DNA of 64,000 bases from an uncultured candidate division Zixibacteria bacterium (GTDB taxonomy: Bacteria > Zixibacteria > MSB-5A5 > GN15 > FEB-12): NCBI GenBank assembly GCA_963664195.1, contig OY760907.1, positions 544,001 to 608,000 of the forward strand. The letters are read 5' to 3'. Below the pieces are notes generated by a model that saw only the letters and a list, made by a program, of their open reading frames with translations, was not told the DNA's origin and did no database searches. Each line of letters starts with the position of its first letter. Position 1 is the stretch's first letter. Below are positions 41,638 through 49,535 of the stretch, piece after piece. The position numbers and the translations under genes were made by a program.

Positions 41638-43842
41638 CTATAAGTCTATCCGACTCAGTCTCAACGAGTTTGTCACGACAAACACGGACGACAGACTCAT
41701 CGCCATGGCCGCGATTATCGGCGAGAGTGTCAGGCCGGTAACCGGATAGAAGAGGCCCGCGGCAATCGGAATAGCGACCACATTGTAGGCAAAGGCCCAG
41801 AATAGGTTTTGGCGAATTATCTTGAGACTTATCTCAGACAGGCGAAACAGCTTTGATACCGCCGAAAGCTCAGATCTGACAAGAACAACGTCAGCCGCTT
41901 CCATCGCCACATCGGTGCCGCTGCCAATGGCAATCCCGATAGTCGCTGCAGCGAGTGCAGGGGCATCGTTGACGCCGTCTCCAACCATGGCGACTTTGAA
42001 ACCTGCCCGACGGTAGGATTCAACGATGAGTTGTTTCTGGTGGGGCTTGATTTCGGCTTCAAAATCGTCCAATCCGAGCGAACGGGCCACTCCTGCGGCG
42101 GTTGTCCGATTGTCACCGGAGATCATAGTAACGCGAGCCATCCGCCCTTGAAGCTCTGCAATAAGTTCACGGGCATCGCCGCGCACGCGGTCAGCCAGAG
42201 AGATCATCCCCACGACCTGCCCGTCGAGAGCAGCAAATACAACTGTCTTGCCTTGCTCCATCTCGCGCTTGCTCTTCAATAGCAGAGGGCCGAAACTGAC
42301 TCCTTCCTGCTCCATCATGGACTGATTGCCAACAATAAGACGACGACCGTCGCAATCCGCCAGCAACCCGTATCCGGGACGCGACTCGACATTCTTAACC
42401 ACCGCAGGAGATATCTGGCGTTCGAACATGTGCCGCTTGAGAGCCTGGCCCACCGGGTGTTCGGACTGAATCTCGGCCGATCCGACCATGCGAACAAGGT
42501 TGTGCTCGGGGATCTGCCCACCGGTCTGAATCGACACAACGTCCAGCGCCCCTTGAGTGAGAGTCCCGGTCTTGTCGAACACGACTGTGTCGATTGAGGA
42601 GACAGATTCGAGTATGTCTCCCCCTTTCACGATAATCCCCTCCCGCGCACCGCGGCCGGTTCCCGCCAGCACGGCAGTAGGTGTCGCCAGACCGAGCGCA
42701 CAGGGACACGCGACAATCAGCACGGCTATAACGGAACGAATCATCATGGGATTGTCGGGGGCAAGAAAGAACCAGCAGAGTCCAGTGACGAGCGCGATGC
42801 CGAGTACCGTGGGTGCAAACACGCCGGCAACTCTATCAGCAAGACTTTGAACAGGCGCCTTTTTCGATTGGGCATCACCCACCAACCGAATTATGTTGGC
42901 CAGGAAACTATCCTTGCCGGTCGCGGTGACTTTCATCGTGAAAGGCGTATTGCCATTCAGTGAACCGCCAATTACTTGCAGGCCCGGACGCTTGTCCACC
43001 GGAATTGATTCGCCGGTCAAGACAGATTCGTCGATAGTAGGCGTCCCCTCAATGATCTCCCCATCGGCAGCCACCCGCTCGCCGGGCTTGATGAGGAGAT
43101 GCATGCCGGAACGAGCAGCAGCAGCCTCAATCTCTATTTCAACACCGTTAATGATGGCCGTCGTGGTCGTGGGGCGGAGTCTCAATAGTTCCTCGATAGC
43201 ACCGCCGGCTTTTCTCCGGGCGCCGGCTTCAAGGTACCGGCCCAGCAGAATAAGGGTGATGATCATCCCGGCCGAATCAAGATAGAGATCCTCGTCGTGT
43301 CCAGACCAGATCCGCACTATGGCGAAAATGCTCCATCCGAAAGCCGCGAGAGTACCTATTGAGATGAGTGTGTTCATATTGGCACGGAGGTGCTTCGTCT
43401 GAAGGGCGGCGTCTTTGAATATCTTAAGGCCGGGAAAGAACATCACAAAGGCCGCAAGAACCACCTGCAGGATACTATCTATGAACGACGAGAATAGAAA
43501 ATCCCCGGCAAACATCGGCCACATGGCCAGCACCATCAGTGGCACGGATGCCAACAATGACAGGCGAAACAGACGGCGAGCACTGTCCTCAGTTTGCTGG
43601 TTGGCAAGCAGCACATCGGGTGTCCCCGGGGCCGCATCAAAACCCAACTCCCTGATCTTCCCGATGATATGCTCTTCGGTAAGCAGGGAGCGGTCAAACT
43701 CGACCACAGCCGATCCGACAGCCAGATTGACCCGACACGCCGTAACACCGGCCAGCGATGAAACACCGCGTTCCACGCTGCTGACGCAACTGGCGCACTG
43801 TAGCCCCCGGACATTCAGAGTCAGCTCACTGGTTTTTGCCAT
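41638..43842 (-). CDS. copA: Copper-translocating P1B-type ATPase
   Basis: HMA CASC, TGES, CPC, DKTGT, EHP, GDGVND, YN and MxxSS ligands. Confidence 0.9.
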   Translation of the reverse strand: MAKTSELTLNVRGLQCASCVSSVERGVSSLAGVTACRVNLAVGSAVVEFDRSLLTEEHIIGKIRELGFDAAPGTPDVLLANQQTEDSARRLFRLSLLASVPLMVLAMWPMFAGDFLFSSFIDSILQVVLAAFVMFFPGLKIFKDAALQTKHLRANMNTLISIGTLAAFGWSIFAIVRIWSGHDEDLYLDSAGMIITLILLGRYLEAGARRKAGGAIEELLRLRPTTTTAIINGVEIEIEAAAARSGMHLLIKPGERVAADGEIIEGTPTIDESVLTGESIPVDKRPGLQVIGGSLNGNTPFTMKVTATGKDSFLANIIRLVGDAQSKKAPVQSLADRVAGVFAPTVLGIALVTGLCWFFLAPDNPMMIRSVIAVLIVACPCALGLATPTAVLAGTGRGAREGIIVKGGDILESVSSIDTVVFDKTGTLTQGALDVVSIQTGGQIPEHNLVRMVGSAEIQSEHPVGQALKRHMFERQISPAVVKNVESRPGYGLLADCDGRRLIVGNQSMMEQEGVSFGPLLLKSKREMEQGKTVVFAALDGQVVGMISLADRVRGDARELIAELQGRMARVTMISGDNRTTAAGVARSLGLDDFEAEIKPHQKQLIVESYRRAGFKVAMVGDGVNDAPALAAATIGIAIGSGTDVAMEAADVVLVRSELSAVSKLFRLSEISLKIIRQNLFWAFAYNVVAIPIAAGLFYPVTGLTLSPIIAAMAMSLSSVFVVTNSLRLSRIDL

Positions 43843-43897
43843 GGATGGAATATAACAGGTAACGAGGTCGGTGTGTAGGACCTTATTGCGATACCTG

Positions 43898-44530
43898 CTA
43901 CTTGATACCCATTGCGACCAGCAAATGAGGACACCGTCGAGTCAGTTCCTTGCGGATTCTGGCCCTGGCCCTGTGAAGATACCAACGAACCGTAGCCTCG
44001 GGCATATTCATGATGTTCGCTACGTCGTCGACTTTGCAACCCTCGACATCTCGGAGAACAAACGCGGTGCGTTGTTTCTCGTTGAGTGTCCGGGCCGCCG
44101 CATGCATGTGCCCCTTCAGCTGTTGATTGCGGAAGGTGTACTCTGGCGACGTCCGCAGACTCTCCTTGATGTCCGGGAAGTTGTCGAGAGGCTCATGGCG
44201 ATGACGATGGTACTTCCGGATATGATCAATGGACGCATTGACCGTTATCCGATACAGCCAGGTGTAGAACTTTTTCTTTTCGTCATACCGCCAGATGTTC
44301 TTTGCCATTTTGACAAAGACGTTCTGGGCGATGTCGGCCGCTTCATCGTAGTCCTTGGTCATTTTGTAGGCCAAGGCGACCACCTGATTGCGATACCGCC
44401 TGACGATCTCAGTAAAAGCCCTTTTGTTCCCGCCTTTGAACTCGGAGATAAGACGACGGATCTCCCGCTCATCTTGATTGTCGGGATCAGGCCCCTTTTG
44501 AATTGTACTTAACGTTATTTGATTAGCCAT
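43898..44530 (-). CDS. ECF sigma-70 family factor
   Basis: Region 2 AADIAQNVF...FYTWLYRITVN and region 4 VANIMNMPEATVRWYLHRAR. Confidence 0.92.
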   Translation of the reverse strand: MANQITLSTIQKGPDPDNQDEREIRRLISEFKGGNKRAFTEIVRRYRNQVVALAYKMTKDYDEAADIAQNVFVKMAKNIWRYDEKKKFYTWLYRITVNASIDHIRKYHRHRHEPLDNFPDIKESLRTSPEYTFRNQQLKGHMHAAARTLNEKQRTAFVLRDVEGCKVDDVANIMNMPEATVRWYLHRARARIRKELTRRCPHLLVAMGIK

Positions 44531-44691
44531 GTCTCACTCAGCGATGCTGTAGTCCCTGAAACACCGGAAAAGCAGACAATGTTCCTCTTCTAAGTTATTA
44601 CTTATTCCAGTGCACGCAAGTCCTAATCAGGAATAGCGACATCTTTTTTGTCGCACTATGACGCGAAGAACCTCGTCACACATAGATAGAC

Positions 44692-44718
44692 AAAAAAAGA
44701 CGCTCCACATAGGAGCGC
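44692..44718 (-). terminator. Intrinsic terminator after the M23 gene
   Basis: cgctcc-acata-ggagcg with an A7 tract. Confidence 0.6.
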
Positions 44719-44747
44719 CACAATATGTCAGTGCTTATTCTGTTTAA

Positions 44748-45650
44748 TCATTGATCGTTCAGAATGAATCCTGCCGGGTTGAGTACCTCGCCGTTGCGCC
44801 AGACTTCGTAGTGTAGGTGCGATCCGGTGGACCGTCCCGTGTTACCCATCTTGGCAATCTCGTCGCCACGTGAGACACGCTGTCCCCGTTTCACCGTCAC
44901 CTTCGAAAGGTGACCGTAACGGGTCACGTAACCGTACCCGTGATCAATGGTCAGCGTGGTTCCGAGCGCGCCGTTCTTGGCAATAGACTTCACTACACCA
45001 TCGGCAGGAGCGATGATCGGCGTACCGTTATGATTGGCGATATCGAGACCGCGGTGCATTCTCTTGTACCCGGTAAAGGGATCCTGCTTCTGACCGTACC
45101 CTCGAGAACACCATCCGCGGGTCGGTTGAATCGACGGCGTATGATCCAGTCGATCCTTCAGATTCATCAGGGCCTGCTCGGCCTCGTCGAATTTTTCCAG
45201 CTCATAGGAAGACAGGCTCAGCAGCCGGTCGACCTGTGATTCGGTACTGTATGCCAAACGTTCCGTCTCGCTGAGCTGGCTGGCATCATAACCGGGAGGA
45301 CCGCCGATACCCAACTGTCTTTCCTCGGGGCTGATTTCCTCGAGACCGAACACGTTGCGCAGGGCAATTTCCTTCTGAACAAGATGGTCGTAACGATCAT
45401 CCGCCTCAGCCAGAGTCCAGCGAAGATTTTCGTATTTCTCTGAAAGTTGTTCGTTTTCGGAAGTGAGTCTGGCTATCTCTGCCTCGTCGACACGATCGAC
45501 GAAGTAGGACGATGCCAGAAAAAGGCTGGCAAAAACCAGACTGATAAAAATGAGGGCTATGGCATATACATGCCAGAGCCTGATACTGACCTGTCGCGAG
45601 ACTCCGTCAGAGCCCGGGACCATCATGAACGTAAGCTGCTTCTTCAACAT
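44748..45650 (-). CDS. M23 family peptidoglycan endopeptidase
   Basis: TM plus coiled coil, HRGLD, YGHL and STGSHLHYEV. Confidence 0.93.
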   Translation of the reverse strand: MLKKQLTFMMVPGSDGVSRQVSIRLWHVYAIALIFISLVFASLFLASSYFVDRVDEAEIARLTSENEQLSEKYENLRWTLAEADDRYDHLVQKEIALRNVFGLEEISPEERQLGIGGPPGYDASQLSETERLAYSTESQVDRLLSLSSYELEKFDEAEQALMNLKDRLDHTPSIQPTRGWCSRGYGQKQDPFTGYKRMHRGLDIANHNGTPIIAPADGVVKSIAKNGALGTTLTIDHGYGYVTRYGHLSKVTVKRGQRVSRGDEIAKMGNTGRSTGSHLHYEVWRNGEVLNPAGFILNDQ

Positions 45651-45769
45651 TATGCTGTCTAGCAGATCTCCTAACCAGTGCTTGCGGTATCATCCGGTAT
45701 GGGCGATACCCCATAATGGAGAGGAAAGTAGGCCGCCCGGTCTAATGAGTCAAGCAAAAACTCCGGCAG

Positions 45770-45931
45770 CTACTTTATGAGCACGTACTCTTTGCGAAGG
45801 ACCTTGTTCACGACCTCGGCCAGTTTTCTGCCCTGCATTGTCTGCAGGCTATACAGGTGCCAATAGGTCTTCTTCGGGAGCAAAGTCCGCTTCTTCTGCT
45901 TCTGCTTCTGCTGCTTCTGCTGCTCAGCCAT
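45770..45931 (-). CDS. Small basic protein, 53 aa (below the track cutoff)
   Basis: AAAGGA RBS; MAEQQKQQKQKQKKRTLLPKKTYWHLYSLQTMQGRKLAEVVNKVLRKEYVLIK. Confidence 0.6.
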   Translation of the reverse strand: MAEQQKQQKQKQKKRTLLPKKTYWHLYSLQTMQGRKLAEVVNKVLRKEYVLIK

Positions 45932-46388
45932 CGTCGGATCCTTTCGTGCTCAGGTCCTCTCCCATCCGACACGGGCTGGCGCCTATGTACATTATCGGGA
46001 GAAGCCCGGATTAGTTAATACCGCCTGAACAATATCGCCTGCACGTTTTATGCCGGTGAGTACCGATAACCGCCCGTTTCTACGCCCTCAACTTAACAAC
46101 TGCCGCCACAACAACTTGGAGCACACGTCCGAGCGGACATCTCGGGCAGACCAGCAATTCGAGTCGCCGGCTACCCCAAACATCGGTCTCAATTGTTCAG
46201 TGAGAGGCAACTCGCTGTTCAATTTCCAATCAAATTCGGAGCTCGGAGTACGAGGCTCAAGAGTCAAACCGGCTACCACGCCTGTAGTCGAAGCCCGGAG
46301 TTGTTCAAGACTTGCACAGTTGACGTATCTTGGCGTACTCTGCCGCATTGTCACACTTGGTAGCGGCCCGCAAGGCCCCTCACTCCGA

Positions 46389-46417
46389 TTGACAGACGCA
46401 GTCCCGCGCTATAGATT
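46389..46417 (+). promoter_or_regulatory. Sigma70 promoter for the SDR gene
   Basis: TTGACA-17 nt-TAGATT. Confidence 0.55.
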
Positions 46418-46451
46418 GTGCAAAAGATTATCGAATTATCGAGGCAAAACG

Positions 46452-47213
46452 ATGACTGACCTGACCAAATGTACAGTACTGGTGACCGGAGCTTCCTCTG
46501 GAATCGGCGAAGCAACCGCCCGCGAATTCGCTGCTGCAGGGTCGCGATTGATCCTGGCAGCCCGCCGGATTGACCGCCTGGAGAAGCTGGCCGACGAACT
46601 CAAAGCCGATTGCCATTTGATAGAACTGGACGTCCGTGACCGCGAGGCGGTCAAAAAGGCCGTAGCCGGATTGCCGCCGGGATGGAGCGCAATCGACGTT
46701 CTCGTTAACAATGCCGGTCTGAGCCGGCGATTAGACAAGCTCCATGAGGGCAACTACGACAGTTGGGACGACATGATCGATACTAACGTCAAAGGATTGC
46801 TGCATGTCAGCCGTGAGGTGCTCCCGGGAATGGTAGATCGCGGTCGGGGACATATTATCAATATCGGTTCGATTGCCGGTCATGAAGTATACCCCGGCGG
46901 CAATGTCTATTGCGCGACAAAACACGCTGTGGATGCTCTGACTCGCGGACTGCTACTTGATCTGGTTGACACGCCGGTGCGGGTGTCGACTGTCGATCCC
47001 GGTTTGGTTGAGACGGAGTTCTCCGAGGTCAGGTTCTACGGTGACATGGAACGGGCCAGAACGGTGTACCAGGGATACAAACCACTCGAGGCGAAAGATA
47101 TCGCCGAGTCGGTTGTATGGGTGGCTAGCCGTCCCGCTCACGTACAGGTAGCGCAGATGATCGTCCTGCCGACCGCGCAGGGTTCAGCGATGGTGACGCA
47201 TAAGGAGGGGTGA
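46452..47213 (+). CDS. Short-chain dehydrogenase/reductase (YdfG-like)
   Basis: TGASSGIG, NNAG, YCATK and PGLVETEFS. Confidence 0.93.
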   Translation: MTDLTKCTVLVTGASSGIGEATAREFAAAGSRLILAARRIDRLEKLADELKADCHLIELDVRDREAVKKAVAGLPPGWSAIDVLVNNAGLSRRLDKLHEGNYDSWDDMIDTNVKGLLHVSREVLPGMVDRGRGHIINIGSIAGHEVYPGGNVYCATKHAVDALTRGLLLDLVDTPVRVSTVDPGLVETEFSEVRFYGDMERARTVYQGYKPLEAKDIAESVVWVASRPAHVQVAQMIVLPTAQGSAMVTHKEG

Positions 47214-47233
47214 GCAAAGCACAAACGCAAATG

Positions 47234-47266
47234 AAAATGCCGACCACATTGTGGTCGGCGTTTTTT
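47234..47266. terminator. Bidirectional terminator
   Basis: aaaatgccgaccac-att-gtggtcggcgtttttt. Confidence 0.85.
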
Positions 47267-47288
47267 CGTTCACTATTGTCGTGTCGGA

Positions 47289-48701
47289 TCAAACGTCGTA
47301 ATAAGTCTCAAACTCGTACGGCGTCGGACGGACACGAATCTCCGTAACTTCCTTGCGCTTCAACTTGACCCAGGCCTCCAGCAGGTCCTCGGTGAAGACT
47401 CCCCCCTCAAGCAGGTAACTGTTGTCCTCTTCGAGAGCGTTGAGAGCCTTATTGAGCGAAGTCGGCAGCATGTGAATATCCGCCAGTTCTTCCTTCGGCA
47501 GCTTATCGAGGTTCTTGTCGAGCGGCAGCCCCGGATCAATCTTGTTTTTGATACCGTCGAGACCCGCCATGAGCATTGCGGAATAACCGAGATACGGGTT
47601 CATCGTGCCGTCGCCCGGGCGGAACTCGAAGCGCATCATTTTGGGATCGCGCTGATAACCCGGTATGCGAATACAGGCGGTCCGGTTGCCCACCGAGTAG
47701 GTCCCGGCCACTGGCGCTTCAAAACCGGGAATCAGGCGCTTGAACGAATTGGTCGACGGATTCGAGAAGGCAAGAATCGAGTCCGCATGTTTCAGCATGC
47801 CGCCGATGTACCAGAGACCAAGTTCGGAGAAGCGTGCCGGTCCCTCTTGATCGAAAAAGAGCGAGCCGTTGGAATCGGCAAGATACTGGTGCACGTGCAG
47901 TCCACTGCCGGGTTCGTTGAACAACGGCTTGGGCATAAACGTGGCAGACTTCTTCTGACGGAAACACTCGTTCTTCACGATGTACTTCACGAGCATCGAC
48001 TGGTCGGCCATGTTAAACAGGGAGCTGAACTTCACCTCGATTTCGTGCTGACCGCCGCCGCCGACTTCGTGATGGTGATATTTCAGGCCAATTCCCACCT
48101 CGGCAAGCATCGAGCAAATCCTATTGCGCAGATTGAAAGTACGGTCATTCGGCGGGGCGACATGGTAGCCTTTTTTGTAGGGAATCTTGTAGGCGAGGTT
48201 CTCTTCGTCATCGGCCGCATTCCACTGTGCCTCGGCAGAATCGAGATAGTAAAACGCAGTATCCGGCCCCTGGAAGAAGTTTACTTTGTCGAAGATATAG
48301 AATTCAAACTCCGGTCCGAGAACACACGAAGTCCCCTTGAGACGCTCGGCCAGCAGCCTCTCAGCATCGGCAGCAACACGACGCGGGTCGCGACTGTAGC
48401 CAACCACGTCGTCATCGACGGCCATAATATTGCCGATCAGCGACAGTGTCGGGGCCTCAAAGAACGGGTCCATGAAAGCGGTGGTCGGGTCCGGCAACAA
48501 AATCATGTCGCCTTGTTCAATCTTGGAAAACCCGGGCAATGAGGACCCGTCCACCCCTACGCCGTTTCTGAACAGCTCTTCGTTGAGCGACGAGGCCGGT
48601 ACCGTAATGTGATGCCAGGCGCCGGGCATGTCGACAAGTTTGAGATCTATAAATTCAACGTTGTTTTTTTTGACCAGCGCGATCAGTTCTTCAAGCTTCA
48701 T
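47289..48701 (-). CDS. glnA: Glutamine synthetase type I
   Basis: DGSS, GPEFEFY, HHHEV, TFMPKP, GSGLHVH, KRLIPGFEAP, NRTACIRIP and EFR. Confidence 0.96.
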   Translation of the reverse strand: MKLEELIALVKKNNVEFIDLKLVDMPGAWHHITVPASSLNEELFRNGVGVDGSSLPGFSKIEQGDMILLPDPTTAFMDPFFEAPTLSLIGNIMAVDDDVVGYSRDPRRVAADAERLLAERLKGTSCVLGPEFEFYIFDKVNFFQGPDTAFYYLDSAEAQWNAADDEENLAYKIPYKKGYHVAPPNDRTFNLRNRICSMLAEVGIGLKYHHHEVGGGGQHEIEVKFSSLFNMADQSMLVKYIVKNECFRQKKSATFMPKPLFNEPGSGLHVHQYLADSNGSLFFDQEGPARFSELGLWYIGGMLKHADSILAFSNPSTNSFKRLIPGFEAPVAGTYSVGNRTACIRIPGYQRDPKMMRFEFRPGDGTMNPYLGYSAMLMAGLDGIKNKIDPGLPLDKNLDKLPKEELADIHMLPTSLNKALNALEEDNSYLLEGGVFTEDLLEAWVKLKRKEVTEIRVRPTPYEFETYYDV

Positions 48702-48887
48702 AGGTCCACCTCGTCCTAACCTGAGTTTCAAGCAAAGTGGTGATAAGATACGCGGAAACCCGCATTTGGCAAGAGATTACGTGGGTGAATCGGGCACATT
48801 TTTCGTGTCAGGGGCCATGCTTCATAGAAATCAAGTGATGCCGTTGAACTCATTGTGGGGTAATCACAAGAAAGTGTTAAAAAATAC

Positions 48888-48915
48888 TTGTAAATGAAAC
48901 AAGCTCTCCTATAAT
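48888..48915 (+). promoter_or_regulatory. Sigma70 promoter for the HTH gene
   Basis: TTGTAA-16 nt-TATAAT, overlapped by the inverted repeat cttgt-N7-acaag. Confidence 0.55.
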
Positions 48916-48971
48916 GCGTTACTGGGCTAGGACAAACAGGTAATCAAAGGTCACAACAGGGAGAGTTGTCG

Positions 48972-49451
48972 ATGAATTATACCGAGGGTCTGATTAAGGC
49001 CACTGAGTTCTTCACCACCGCGGAGTTGGCGCAGAAACTCAAGATGAATGTCCAGGTCATCACTCGAAAAGTCCAGGCGGGGGAAATCCAGGCTTACAAG
49101 ATCGGTAAGGAATGGCGGATTCCGGAGCAGTCCGTATTCGACTGGTTGGAGTCCAACATCAACAGCAAAGCGGCGGTTCCTCGTCGGGTGCGTGTTGCTG
49201 CCGCCGTCAAACCGGCCACGGAAACACCGTCGCTGACTTCTGCCCAGCAGAGCAAACGGAAGTATCTATTGGAGTATATCCTGGCCCAGTTTGAGCCGGA
49301 TCGGGAATACACTGAAGACGAGGTGAATCGGGTAGTCACGCGCTACCACAGCAATTCGCACACGATCCGAAGAGAATTCGTCTCAGAAAAGATGATGGAG
49401 CGCATCAACGGTAACTACCGTCGGCGCACCGGCTATCGCTTCTCCGACTAA
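48972..49451 (+). CDS. Excisionase-type HTH (HTH_17) fused to DUF2087
   Basis: FTTAELAQKLKM...AYKIGKEWRI and FEPDREYTEDEVN...IRREFV...Y. Confidence 0.8.
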   Translation: MNYTEGLIKATEFFTTAELAQKLKMNVQVITRKVQAGEIQAYKIGKEWRIPEQSVFDWLESNINSKAAVPRRVRVAAAVKPATETPSLTSAQQSKRKYLLEYILAQFEPDREYTEDEVNRVVTRYHSNSHTIRREFVSEKMMERINGNYRRRTGYRFSD

Positions 49452-49475
49452 TTGTCCTGCGGATCAAAAAGGGGC

Positions 49476-49516
49476 AAGACAAAGGCCACTCTCTGAAGAG
49501 AGTGGCCTTTGTCTTT
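49476..49516. terminator. Bidirectional terminator
   Basis: aagacaaaggccactctc-tgaa-gagagtggcctttgtctt perfect 18-bp stem. Confidence 0.85.
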
Positions 49517-49535
49517 GTGTTCTATGTACTCTGAC

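Noticed and set aside
45718..45745. GAGGAAAGT resembling the RNase P RNA P4 motif
   Set aside because: It continues AGG rather than CC, lacks the 3' partner motif, and there is no room between the flanking genes.
46050..46451. N-terminal extension of the SDR (track start 46050) and minus-strand ORF 46088-46354
   Set aside because: SDR homology starts at ATG 46452, which has its own promoter and RBS; the minus ORF has no RBS or motif.
48972..49451. Excisionase as a prophage or ICE marker
   Set aside because: No integrase, att site or phage genes nearby; it is fused to DUF2087 in a housekeeping context.
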